Assembly: GCA_019694795.1 (NCBI GenBank) | Contig: JAIBBF010000012.1 | Span: 11,573 to 75,572, forward strand | DNA length: 64,000 nucleotides | Source: Flavobacteriales bacterium | Lineage (GTDB): Bacteria > Bacteroidota > Bacteroidia > Flavobacteriales_D > UBA2798 | Reading direction: 5' to 3' | Shown: positions 1-9,415 of the stretch, in pieces | How positions within the stretch are numbered: the stretch's first letter is position 1 | Layout: each line of letters begins with the position of its first letter | Notes under the pieces: model-generated | Told to the model about the DNA's origin: nothing | Seen by the model: the letters and a program-made list of their open reading frames with translations, nothing else | Database searches by the model: none | Made by a program: the position numbers and the translations under genes

Positions 1-1303
1 GGAAGGCAATTACAAACGCGAAATTCAGGGGGTAGTCACCAAAGGAATTAGTACTGATTACGATACGGCATTTTTAAGTGAATGTTTGGTGGAGGGACGA
101 TTGCTTCATTTGCATTCCGACAGTTTATCCAATGAAATTCTGATTTCCCAAACACAGGCAGACCGGCTCAAACTAAAAATTGACGACACGGTTTTCACCT
201 ATTTCATCAACAACAATGCACCACGCGAACGCAGATTTCGTATTGTGGGAATATATCACAGTGGAATGGATGAGTACGACAAACAATTTGTGTTTATCGA
301 CATCAATCACATTCGAAAATTAAATGCATGGGGAATTGAAGCCATGTGCTATGTACGCAATGATGTAAAAGATGATTACTTAATTATTGAAGCAGCAGGA
401 AAAGGTGGTGGAAATTATCTTTATGATTTTGGAGGAGGATATTCTTCAAACCCATTATTATTAATAAAACCGGGAAGAGATACGATCATTCGGGTTGTTG
501 TATCCCAAAATCCTGCAGATGATCCATTCAATGTTCGTCCGGGTGAAGAAAAAATAAATTACATCCCGGATACCGCCTGGCTGCAGTTAAGTTATTACCC
601 GAAAATCGTACCGGGAATGGAATTTGAATTAATGAGCAATCCCGAAGTGGAAAGTGCGGGCGACACCCATTTTGTATATCACCATCCGGGCTTAAACGTC
701 ATTGCTAAAATGCGTAATTCCGGCGGAAGTTCCCGCTATTATACCGGAGGCTTTGAAGTGTTGTTAAACAATTGGGATGATCTGGAAAAAGCAGATGATT
801 TTATTTACAAACACATTGGTCCCGAATTCAAAACCAAAACCATTAAAGAATTAAATCCCGATTTATTTCAATGGCTTTCGTATTTAAACATTAATGTTTG
901 GGTGATTTTAACATTGATGCTTCTTGTTTCGCTGATCAATATGTGTTCCACCTTACTGGTGATGATTCTGGAGCGAACCAATATGATTGGATTACTTAAA
1001 GCATTGGGTGGAGATAATGCAATGTTGCAGAAAACATTTTTTTACAACGGGGCTATTCTCATTGGAAAAGGATTAGTGATCGGAAATATATTGGGTGTGG
1101 GACTCGCCCTGCTCCAACACCAAACCGGATTTTTAGGACTGGATCAAAGCACCTACTTTATCGACACAGTTCCTATTTACCTAAATCCTCTACATATTCT
1201 ATTACTGAACGCAGGCACATTGGTAATTTGTCTCGTTACGCTGTTGTTACCGGCCTGGTTTGTTAGTCGGATTAGTCCGATAAAAGCCATCCGTTTCGAT
1301 TAA
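1..1303 (+). CDS. ABC transporter permease, FtsX/LolC-LolE family (5' end lies upstream of the window)
   Basis: The frame is open from nt 2 through the listed TTG at 86 (..GNYKREIQGVVTKGISTDYDTAFLSECLVEGR..), so the gene is N-terminally truncated. A long extracytoplasmic domain is followed by an FtsX-type TM bundle (ILTLMLLVSLINMCSTLLVMILERTNMIGLLKALG ... ISPIKAIRFD). Confidence 0.85.
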   Translation, partial: EGNYKREIQGVVTKGISTDYDTAFLSECLVEGRLLHLHSDSLSNEILISQTQADRLKLKIDDTVFTYFINNNAPRERRFRIVGIYHSGMDEYDKQFVFIDINHIRKLNAWGIEAMCYVRNDVKDDYLIIEAAGKGGGNYLYDFGGGYSSNPLLLIKPGRDTIIRVVVSQNPADDPFNVRPGEEKINYIPDTAWLQLSYYPKIVPGMEFELMSNPEVESAGDTHFVYHHPGLNVIAKMRNSGGSSRYYTGGFEVLLNNWDDLEKADDFIYKHIGPEFKTKTIKELNPDLFQWLSYLNINVWVILTLMLLVSLINMCSTLLVMILERTNMIGLLKALGGDNAMLQKTFFYNGAILIGKGLVIGNILGVGLALLQHQTGFLGLDQSTYFIDTVPIYLNPLHILLLNAGTLVICLVTLLLPAWFVSRISPIKAIRFD

Positions 1304-1569
1304 GGTTCCAGCTCCATATCGAGCACAGCCTCCATATCGATGCGGTTTCCTTTTTGACTTTCGGCTTCCAATAGAAGCAGCGTTTCATTCAAAAATTTTT
1401 GCAAATCCTGAATGCGGCGCTCGGCATGTAAAATGTTTTCTTCGGGACTCTTCTCATCTTTCATTACCGAAGAATGAAAATTAATTTTAGCCTGAACAAG
1501 AATTTTAATCAGTTCAGCCGCCCGCGAAGCTTCATACCTTCCGGTTACAATAGGGAATTTTATTTTCAT
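1300..1569 (-). CDS. small hypothetical protein (89 aa, helical/coiled-coil-like)
   Basis: ORF whose ATG overlaps the stop of the upstream sua5-like gene in an ATGA arrangement at 1566-1569. No recognisable motif. Its stop overlaps the convergent FtsX stop (TTAA at 1300-1303). Confidence 0.5.
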   Translation of the reverse strand: MKIKFPIVTGRYEASRAAELIKILVQAKINFHSSVMKDEKSPEENILHAERRIQDLQKFLNETLLLLEAESQKGNRIDMEAVLDMELEP

Positions 1570-2531
1570 GTTGATTTAATTTTTCGTTTTACAGCAGCCC
1601 TTTCTATCCGGTCGTTTAATGCGCGACCTATTTCCCGATCGGGAAATTTCATAATGTAAATACAGTTTAAATTCATCCGATCCATGTTTCGCATTGCACC
1701 AAACAAATTCCGTGCACATTCGTTGAGATTACCCTGAGGCGAAATATTCAATACTTCTTTAAATCCGGAAACATTCATGGAATCGCCAAAATAAATGAGT
1801 CCCGATTCATGAACATTAACCGGAATCTCATTTACAGCATCAATAATTTGCACCGGCGTTAATGGAGAATAATGTTTAAAAAAATTACCGGGGACATTCG
1901 CCATGGTTGCAGCAGTTCCGTTCCACGTTTTTATGCCATACGATTCAAACGCTTCACGGCTAATTCCTCCTTCGCGGTGAATTTTTAATTTTCCGTCCAG
2001 GTAACTGACAATGGTGGATTCAACCCCAATACCGCAGGGACCACCATCCAGAATATAATCGACCTGATCAGAAAGCTGATCTAAGACATGTTGTGCGGTG
2101 GTGGGACTGATATATGAAAAGGGATTGGCACTTGGTGCTGCAAGTGGAAATGGAATTCTTCGTAACAAATCCAGCGTGAGTGCGTGATTCGGAACGCGGA
2201 GTCCGACAAGTTCAGAGCCGGAAGTAGTGCAATCGGGAATGGTACTCTTTTTAGGAAGCAAAATGGTTAATGGTCCCGGCCAAAAATGATGGGCTACATC
2301 ATACAATTCATCCGGACAATCGCGTACATATTTTTTCACTTCTTCCACTGCATGAAGATGAACGATGAGCGGGTCGTAAGATGGACGATTTTTTGCTTTA
2401 AATATTTTCTTAACCACATGTTCATCTGTAGCATTACCTGCCAATCCATAAACCGTTTCTGTGGGAATACCCACTAACCCACCATGAGTTAAAACTTCAG
2501 CTGCATATTCAGTATCAATTCCGATTTTCAT
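1566..2531 (-). CDS. tsaC: L-threonylcarbamoyladenylate synthase (Sua5/YwlC/TsaC long form)
   Basis: YrdC-domain motifs (GGLVGIPTETVYGLAGNATD, KNRPSYDPLIVH, SANPFSYISPT) plus a C-terminal Sua5 domain; 321 aa. Confidence 0.92.
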   Translation of the reverse strand: MKIGIDTEYAAEVLTHGGLVGIPTETVYGLAGNATDEHVVKKIFKAKNRPSYDPLIVHLHAVEEVKKYVRDCPDELYDVAHHFWPGPLTILLPKKSTIPDCTTSGSELVGLRVPNHALTLDLLRRIPFPLAAPSANPFSYISPTTAQHVLDQLSDQVDYILDGGPCGIGVESTIVSYLDGKLKIHREGGISREAFESYGIKTWNGTAATMANVPGNFFKHYSPLTPVQIIDAVNEIPVNVHESGLIYFGDSMNVSGFKEVLNISPQGNLNECARNLFGAMRNMDRMNLNCIYIMKFPDREIGRALNDRIERAAVKRKIKST

Positions 2532-2534
2532 TAG

Positions 2535-3386
2535 TTATGGATTACAGTGATAACAATTTCCGGGATCGGCATATTCAATTCCACGGGGAAAATTAATTTC
2601 ATTGGAATAGCCACATTTTGAACAGGAGAAAATTTCCTTTTTCAACAGGTCGGTAGGCGTACCACACCAGGAACACGGAAGTCCATATTCATTTTTCGTC
2701 ACGCTAAATCCCGTATGCGAACATTGCGGACAAAGCGATTTCATTTTTTGAATCAAGTGTTCCGCACAATTTAAAATGGCCATTCTCCGCACCGAATTCT
2801 TATGAGCACGCATATCGGATTCGAGTCGCCATTTCAATTGCGGATGAACAACCCGCTCCATTTGAAATTCCTCTTCCAATTGAGCAATGGACTCGAAATT
2901 TTTCCGCACAATAACGCATTGATTCGATTCTGTAAATCCTTTCAGAATAATTCCTTCCTGAGGAAATCCGAATTTTTTCAGCGCTTGTTCAGGAATGGAA
3001 AGTTGAATGTCCTCTTGTAAAAATTTCACATTCAAAGTGACATACACCGCTTTTATTTCCACATTTCGAAGCGGGTCGTACAGAAACAACATTTCTGTGT
3101 TTTCATTTACAAAAGGAATCCGGGGAGAAGGATAAAATGCTCCCTCACTGGATAAATAAATATGCTCCTTCCCGAATTTCTCCGCCGCTTCTTTTGCCTT
3201 CCGCACAAGAACCTCCTCCTGCGATCCTTCGCGTTCCACATCACCCGAAAATGTCCCATACCTATCGGTATCCACTTTGCACGATTCAACCTTCATTTGC
3301 AATTCATGTTCAAATAAATCGCGGACGATCTCCTCTTTTTGATGAGCGGTTACAAAAAATATTTTTCTATCCTTCCAGTATTCCAT
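2535..3386 (-). CDS. uncharacterised protein with C-terminal double zinc ribbon (possibly DUF6671-like)
   Basis: 283-aa ORF. Its start overlaps the icd stop by 1 nt (TAATG). The C-terminus has four CxxC pairs (CPQC, CSWC, CSKC, CYHC). The N-terminal domain is not recognised. Confidence 0.65.
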   Translation of the reverse strand: MEYWKDRKIFFVTAHQKEEIVRDLFEHELQMKVESCKVDTDRYGTFSGDVEREGSQEEVLVRKAKEAAEKFGKEHIYLSSEGAFYPSPRIPFVNENTEMLFLYDPLRNVEIKAVYVTLNVKFLQEDIQLSIPEQALKKFGFPQEGIILKGFTESNQCVIVRKNFESIAQLEEEFQMERVVHPQLKWRLESDMRAHKNSVRRMAILNCAEHLIQKMKSLCPQCSHTGFSVTKNEYGLPCSWCGTPTDLLKKEIFSCSKCGYSNEINFPRGIEYADPGNCYHCNP

Positions 3387-4822
3387 TATTGACCCTGCGC
3401 AAGTGAAAATGCATTAACGCCGTCGTAATTCATTAACCATTCCAGCGAACAAATCTTCATGCCCGAAGAAATTTTCGAAGCCAGGTGCAGAATTTCATCC
3501 GACGACATTTCTGACTGATCTGTTTTCTGAATCCGAACGCGGTATTGATCGATGCAATCCGTAAATACTGATCCTTTAGGATATACCTGTGTACCGCGGT
3601 TACTCATGGTAACCAGATTCAATTCCGAACCGAAATGTTTTTGAAAATAAGCGGCTACATCAGCAGGTTGCATCACCGATTCCACAAAGAAATCTACTCC
3701 CACACATTTGCTTTCTTTCGGGAATTTTGTTTTCAGAATTTTATTTTGTGTTCTGCCTGTTGGTTTTTGCCATTCTGTTTTTTCAGGAATGATTCCTCCT
3801 TCTAAACGCGAGCAAATAACCGCAGTAAATTCTTCGGTGCTGCATTTTTTCTTCGGATCAGATCCAAAATCCGCCGTATGATATCCATCCTCCAGCGCAG
3901 AAAATAATGCCGCTGAAATGCGATCTGCCCAGGTATGCAATTCTAAGTGACGCAACATCATAATTCCGCTGATCAGTAATGCCGTTGGATTGGCTAAACC
4001 TTTCCCGGCAATATCCGGTGCAGTTCCATGTACGGCCTCAAAGATTGAAATATGTTCCCCAATATTTGCCGAGGGAGCAAAACCGAGTCCGCCCACCAAA
4101 CCGGCGCATAAATCCGAAACAATATCGCCCTGCAAATTGGGCAGGACCACCACATCGAACTCATGCGGTTTCGAAACCAGCTTCATCGATAAATCATCCA
4201 CGATAATATCATTGGCGATGATTTCGGGATATTCTTTGGCTACTTCATAAAAGGTTTCCAGAAACAATCCATCCGTAATTTTCATGATGTTGGCTTTGTG
4301 TCCGCAGGTCACTTTTTTACGCCCCTCTGCCCTTGCCATTTCAAATGCGTAACGATGAACCTGTAATGAACCTGGCCGCGTAATAAATCGTCTGCAAAGT
4401 GCTACATCCGGTGTAAGCATATGTTCAATTCCGCCATAGGTATCTTCAATATTTTCGCGAACCACAATCATATCGATGGGAATTCCCGCTTTGGAGAAAA
4501 CCGTTTCAACACCATTCAGCGAACGAAATACCCGCTTGTTGGCATACGTATTCCACACCTTTCGTGCTGTTACATTAATACTCTTAACACCTTTTCCCTT
4601 TGGTGTTTCCATCGGACCCTTAAACAAGATTCCCAGGTCTTCTACCGTTTTGGCCGCTTCGGGAGTCATTCCATTGGAAAAACCTTTTTCAAAAACCGAT
4701 TTCCCCATTTCTACCAGTTCATAGTCTAACGGAACCTGAGCAGAACGAAAAACCGTTAAAACGGAGTCCATGATTTCAGGACCAATTCCATCGCCTTTTG
4801 CAACTGCAATTTTTTGTTTCAT
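3386..4822 (-). CDS. icd: NADP-dependent isocitrate dehydrogenase (isocitrate/isopropylmalate dehydrogenase family, long ~480-aa form)
   Basis: N-terminal IAVAKGDGIGPEIM plus NLQGDIVSDLCAGLVGGLGFAPSANIG, typical of beta-decarboxylating dehydrogenases. There is a C-terminal extension of about 130 aa. Confidence 0.9.
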   Translation of the reverse strand: MKQKIAVAKGDGIGPEIMDSVLTVFRSAQVPLDYELVEMGKSVFEKGFSNGMTPEAAKTVEDLGILFKGPMETPKGKGVKSINVTARKVWNTYANKRVFRSLNGVETVFSKAGIPIDMIVVRENIEDTYGGIEHMLTPDVALCRRFITRPGSLQVHRYAFEMARAEGRKKVTCGHKANIMKITDGLFLETFYEVAKEYPEIIANDIIVDDLSMKLVSKPHEFDVVVLPNLQGDIVSDLCAGLVGGLGFAPSANIGEHISIFEAVHGTAPDIAGKGLANPTALLISGIMMLRHLELHTWADRISAALFSALEDGYHTADFGSDPKKKCSTEEFTAVICSRLEGGIIPEKTEWQKPTGRTQNKILKTKFPKESKCVGVDFFVESVMQPADVAAYFQKHFGSELNLVTMSNRGTQVYPKGSVFTDCIDQYRVRIQKTDQSEMSSDEILHLASKISSGMKICSLEWLMNYDGVNAFSLAQGQ

Positions 4823-4851
4823 AGCACCTTGTTTTTATTCCTTTATATTTA

Positions 4852-4866
4852 GTTAGTATTACTAAC
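4852..4866. promoter_or_regulatory. perfect 7-1-7 palindrome GTTAGTA-T-TACTAAC, candidate TetR operator
   Basis: Read directly from the sequence. It lies in the 98-nt divergent region between the icd start (4822) and the TetR-family gene (4921). Confidence 0.4.
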
Positions 4867-4920
4867 CAAACAAAAAGGCTATCTATTTGTTTAAAAAAGT
4901 GTTACTTTTAACAAAGAGAA

Positions 4921-5631
4921 TTGCTTAACAAACTGGCTGACATGGAATTACAGGTAAAAATAAAAATGAATGAGAAGCTTTTTCTTAAGGACCCGGAATC
5001 GAGTCCTTTGGGAAAAAAAATTATCCGTGAGGGAATTGCCTTGATCAATAAAATGGGATTTGAGCAATTCACCTTCAGAAAACTGGCCGAAAAAATCGGA
5101 TCCACCGAGGCCGCCATTTACAAGTATTTTGAAAATAAACAAAGGCTGTTGATTTATATCGTCACCTGGTACTGGACCCTTACCGAATACAGCATCATCT
5201 TATCAACGGCCTCCATCACCCGTGCCGATAAGAAATTAGCGACCATTATCGATCATCTCTGCAGACCCGCAGAAACACAAATTGCCGGCGTAGATTACGA
5301 TCGTTTGGCGCTTTATCACATTGTGATTTCGGAAAGCAATAAAATTTACCTCAATAAGGAAGTAAACAGCAATAACAAAAACCAAATGTTTAAACCGTAT
5401 AAAGATTTATGCGGACGCATTGCCGGAATTTTGTCGGAAGCGAATCCAAAATTTAAATATCCCCGCTCTCTGGCAAGCACTTTATTGGAGATGTCGCATA
5501 CACAGTATTTCTTTATGCAGCACTTACCCTCACTTACAGATTTCGGAAAGGAAAAATCCATTGATCATTTAAGAGAATACCTGAAACACATCATCTTTTC
5601 GAGTCTGCACCTCAAAATACCGCTCAAATAG
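4921..5631 (+). CDS. TetR/AcrR family transcriptional regulator
   Basis: N-terminal HTH signature (GFEQFTFRKLAEKIGSTEAAIYKYFENKQRLL). The listed start is TTG; ATG alternatives are at 4942 and 4966. Confidence 0.88.
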   Translation: MLNKLADMELQVKIKMNEKLFLKDPESSPLGKKIIREGIALINKMGFEQFTFRKLAEKIGSTEAAIYKYFENKQRLLIYIVTWYWTLTEYSIILSTASITRADKKLATIIDHLCRPAETQIAGVDYDRLALYHIVISESNKIYLNKEVNSNNKNQMFKPYKDLCGRIAGILSEANPKFKYPRSLASTLLEMSHTQYFFMQHLPSLTDFGKEKSIDHLREYLKHIIFSSLHLKIPLK

Positions 5632-5676
5632 AACTATTCGAGAATATTCTTAATTTTGACCTTCATAAACCTATCT

Positions 5677-7041
5677 ATGAAAGTCTGCAATAATATCCTT
5701 GAAGCTATTGGTCACACCCCAATGGTAAAACTGAACAAAGTAGCCGGTGATTTTCCTGCAACCATTTATGCAAAAGTGGAAACCTTTAATCCGGGTAATT
5801 CCATTAAAGACCGAATGGCGCTTAAAATGGTAGAAGATGCCGAAAAAGCAGGATTATTAAAACCCGGAGGAACCATTATTGAGGGCACCAGCGGAAATAC
5901 GGGAATGGGATTGGCCATTGCAGCTATCATTAAAGGGTATAAATGCATTTTTACAACAACCGATAAACAATCCAAAGAAAAAGTTGACGCACTTCGCGCA
6001 TTCGGTGCAGAAGTGATTGTTTGTCCAACTGACGTTGATCCCGAAGATCCGCGTTCGTATTATTCAGTATCATCGCGATTGGTTAATGAAGTACCTAATT
6101 CCTGGAAAGCGAATCAGTACGATAATCCCTCCAATGCACGCGCACACTACGAAACTACGGGTCCCGAAATCTGGGAACAAACACAAGGGAAAATTACACA
6201 CCTGGTTGTGGGCGTAGGAACCGGAGGTACCATTTGCGGAACAGGAAAATACCTCAAAGAAAAAAATCCAAACATCAAAGTATACGGAATTGACACCTAT
6301 GGTTCTGTATTTAAAAAATACAAGGAGACCGGTATCTTCGATAAGAATGAAATTTATCCCTACATCACCGAAGGTATCGGTGAAGATTTTCTGCCGGAAA
6401 ATGTCGATTTCAGCATCATTGATCACTTTGAAAAAGTGACCGACCGCGACGCAGCCGTGTACACGCGTGAGATTGTAAAGAAAGAAGGAATTTGGGTTGG
6501 AAATTCAGCCGGTGCAGCTATTGGTGGCTTACTCCAAATGAAAGACAAATTCAAACCCGGAGATGTAGTGGTAGTTATCTTCCACGACCACGGATCCCGT
6601 TATGTAGGTAAAATGTTCAACGATGATTGGATGCGCGAAAAAGGATTCCTGGATAAAACAGGAATGACTGCACTTGATCTTGTTGGAACACGCAAAGAAA
6701 GTGATGTGGTTTCGATTGAAGCTTCTGAGAAAGTAAGCAAGGCCATCGAAATCATGAGCAAAAACAATTACTCACAAATTCCGGTTACTTCCGATCGTAG
6801 AATCATTGGTTCGCTTTCCGAAAATGCATTATACAATGCCATTGTACGCGATCCGAAAGTAAAAGATCAGGCCGTTGAAGTGGTAATGGAACACGCCTTT
6901 CCGTTTGTCGACATTACCACTCCATTGGAAGATCTTGCAAAAATGATTTCCGAAAAAACACCCGCAGTAATGGTTAAGGACTTCAAAAGCGATAAAGTTT
7001 ATATCATTACCCAATACGATATCATTAAAGCACTTTGTTGA
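5677..7041 (+). CDS. cystathionine beta-synthase (PLP-dependent CysK/CBS fold plus C-terminal CBS-domain pair)
   Basis: Motifs NPGNSIKDRMA (PLP lysine) and GTSGNTGMGLA, plus a C-terminal tandem CBS region. ATG at 5677 is preferred over the TTG at 5656. Confidence 0.88.
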   Translation: MKVCNNILEAIGHTPMVKLNKVAGDFPATIYAKVETFNPGNSIKDRMALKMVEDAEKAGLLKPGGTIIEGTSGNTGMGLAIAAIIKGYKCIFTTTDKQSKEKVDALRAFGAEVIVCPTDVDPEDPRSYYSVSSRLVNEVPNSWKANQYDNPSNARAHYETTGPEIWEQTQGKITHLVVGVGTGGTICGTGKYLKEKNPNIKVYGIDTYGSVFKKYKETGIFDKNEIYPYITEGIGEDFLPENVDFSIIDHFEKVTDRDAAVYTREIVKKEGIWVGNSAGAAIGGLLQMKDKFKPGDVVVVIFHDHGSRYVGKMFNDDWMREKGFLDKTGMTALDLVGTRKESDVVSIEASEKVSKAIEIMSKNNYSQIPVTSDRRIIGSLSENALYNAIVRDPKVKDQAVEVVMEHAFPFVDITTPLEDLAKMISEKTPAVMVKDFKSDKVYIITQYDIIKALC

Positions 7042-7805
7042 TGATGTACATCGACCAGATGAACCGGCGATGCGTTTTGGAAAGTCCTCCGAAACGCATT
7101 GTTTCTTTGGTGCCCTCGCAATCGGAATTGATTTGGGATTTGGGATTAAAAAAAGAATTAGTCGGCATCACCAAATTTTGCATTCACCCTGGTGATATGT
7201 ACCGCTCAGTGGAACGAATTGGCGGAACAAAACAACTGAACATTGAAAAAATTCAGCAGTTAAAACCTGATTTAATCATTGGTAATAAAGAAGAGAACGT
7301 AAAAGAGCAGATCGAACAACTTGAACGTGATTTTCCGCTTTGGATGAGTGATGTAAACACGCTGGAAGATGCACTCAACATGATTAGCGCAGTGGCTGAA
7401 TTATGCCATAGAAAAAGTGAAGGAGAACAATTGGTGCAGAACATAAAAACATCCTTTCAAACCCATACTCAGCAATCGCAGGATCGTATTCTATACCTGA
7501 TTTGGAAGGATCCATTTATGGCTGTGGGAAAAAACACCTTTATCGATGCGATGATTAAACAAGCCGGATTTCATAATAGCATTTTAACAGAGAGATATCC
7601 GGAAATCACGATGAGAGAAATTAATGAGTTAAATCCCGATCAGATTTTTCTTTCCACAGAACCTTTTCCTTTCAACGAAACTACACGAGCGGAAATAGAG
7701 CAACAAAGCGGAATTAAAACGAGGTTGGTCGACGGAGAATTATTTTCCTGGTACGGATCGCGTTTAATGAAATCGGCCAGCTATTTTACAATGCTTCATC
7801 ACTGA
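7041..7805 (+). CDS. periplasmic binding protein, BtuF/iron-siderophore (helical-backbone) ABC substrate-binding family
   Basis: PKRIVSLVPSQSELIWDLGL ... LKPDLIIGNKE pattern. The ATG overlaps the CBS stop (TGATG at 7039-7043). Confidence 0.75.
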   Translation: MMYIDQMNRRCVLESPPKRIVSLVPSQSELIWDLGLKKELVGITKFCIHPGDMYRSVERIGGTKQLNIEKIQQLKPDLIIGNKEENVKEQIEQLERDFPLWMSDVNTLEDALNMISAVAELCHRKSEGEQLVQNIKTSFQTHTQQSQDRILYLIWKDPFMAVGKNTFIDAMIKQAGFHNSILTERYPEITMREINELNPDQIFLSTEPFPFNETTRAEIEQQSGIKTRLVDGELFSWYGSRLMKSASYFTMLHH

Positions 7806-9345
7806 TTTCTTCCTCCGGTAATTCTTCATCAGCAGGCGTTTCAGAAGACCCGACAAACATCGATCCCACGGCTTGCAAAAAGCGAACCGTTTCAATCAGA
7901 GAATGTTTCTTTTTGTCGTTATAAAACAACTTCCCTTCCCACTTCATGGTGTTCGCCTCTGTTCCTACCGAATATCCGAATCCATAATGAACCGTAGCCA
8001 CTTCTTCCATAACACCACGGATCATAAATCCGAATGGAGATTCCATGGGGATAGCTTCAATAAAATGGCTCACGTTGAAATAAAAATAATTCGAAAATCC
8101 ATGAAACTGACTGGCAGGATCCGTGATGTAACGGTCGGTGGTCGACATACACAAGGTGTTTCCAATCACCGTAAAATGATAATCGATATCAAAAGGAGTA
8201 GTATAGGAATAAACACCTCCGCTATCCGGACGAATCAAGCTATCTGCACGTAATTGTTCCAGCAAGGCTTTTGCGGTTTCAGGATTACGCAATTCAAATC
8301 CTGCTTTAAAATCAGGAACCGGAAGCGATTTTAATCCTGCTGCACTATTGGTATCGGTATCGATGCGTAAAATGCGACAACCATCCACTTCAAGAATGAA
8401 ATGATTGCCTAAAGAAGACTGGAGTCCATCATAAAGTTTTGCTTCAAGAGAATCCGGTATATTGAGTAAATCGCCTTTTTTAATCCACTCCACCCAACGT
8501 GCAGGTTCAAACGTTAATTGCAATCTGAAAATACCTTCCTGTAATTCTTGTGGAATATCGCTCGTATGTTCATGCATTTGAAATACCGTAGAAGCATCGG
8601 CAAGTAATTCCGGATCGGTGGTCATCGAATAACGCATATCGATATTCTCTTCCTTGAAATTTCCCGACAATCCCAATGAATGAATAAAACTTCCAATCAT
8701 TCCTTTTAATGCAGGAGCCTGATCCATTTTTTCTATTCCTGGTTTCAACACCATAGTGAAATCGTTCGGATCGGAAACGGAAAACCATTCTTTTTCGGAA
8801 GGAATTGTTTTATTCAAAATGGAAATCGCCAATTTCTTTTTGCTTTCCTCTTTTTCGGGACCCAAAATTATTACTGCCACTTCATCGTTAAATGCAAAAG
8901 CGCTATTCCCTTGAGCAGAATAATGATTTTTTTCATCCAGATCTTCAATGGTGCCACCGTTTTCCTGTAAAAAGGATTGCAATCTGTCGTGAGAAGAAAT
9001 ATCGCTCAATATAACAGAAGCAGGCAATTCACCATCTCCACCCGGGACCATCAGAATGGTCATTCTGCCAAATAGATTCAATCCGTTGTTTACATTCTTA
9101 CTCCAATCCGGTCCACCCTCGGTTTCCTGATCCACCAGCGACGAAAATTCTTCCTGGTTAAACAGGAAGCTATACGTTAAGGAACCCGCAATATTCTTGG
9201 TATTCACGGAAAACACCATCATGGCGTTGCCCGGAATATAAGCCAGATGTTTGGGTTCATTGGGAGAATAGGCAATGAAATAGGCAAATGCATTGGCAAA
9301 AAGCAATACCGAGATAAAGATGATGCGGAATACCTTACTAACCAT
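7786..9345 (-). CDS. hypothetical membrane-anchored/secreted protein (possibly DUF4836-like)
   Basis: 519-aa ORF with an N-terminal hydrophobic anchor (IIFISVLLFANAFAYFIAY) and an acidic C-terminal tail. No catalytic motif recognised. Confidence 0.7.
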   Translation of the reverse strand: MVSKVFRIIFISVLLFANAFAYFIAYSPNEPKHLAYIPGNAMMVFSVNTKNIAGSLTYSFLFNQEEFSSLVDQETEGGPDWSKNVNNGLNLFGRMTILMVPGGDGELPASVILSDISSHDRLQSFLQENGGTIEDLDEKNHYSAQGNSAFAFNDEVAVIILGPEKEESKKKLAISILNKTIPSEKEWFSVSDPNDFTMVLKPGIEKMDQAPALKGMIGSFIHSLGLSGNFKEENIDMRYSMTTDPELLADASTVFQMHEHTSDIPQELQEGIFRLQLTFEPARWVEWIKKGDLLNIPDSLEAKLYDGLQSSLGNHFILEVDGCRILRIDTDTNSAAGLKSLPVPDFKAGFELRNPETAKALLEQLRADSLIRPDSGGVYSYTTPFDIDYHFTVIGNTLCMSTTDRYITDPASQFHGFSNYFYFNVSHFIEAIPMESPFGFMIRGVMEEVATVHYGFGYSVGTEANTMKWEGKLFYNDKKKHSLIETVRFLQAVGSMFVGSSETPADEELPEEEISDEAL

Positions 9346-9401
9346 TTTTGGTGCTGTTTCTGCTAAATTAATGGAAAATGGTGAATTATATCAGGAAGCT
9401 G

Positions 9402-9409
9402 TATTTTTG
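9402..9409 (+). promoter_or_regulatory. TAnnTTTG -7 box (TATTTTTG) upstream of the patatin gene
   Basis: Exact match to the Bacteroidetes sigma-A -7 consensus. It is only 7 nt from the annotated ATG, which would imply a near-leaderless mRNA. Confidence 0.3.
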
Positions 9410-9415
9410 TAGTCG

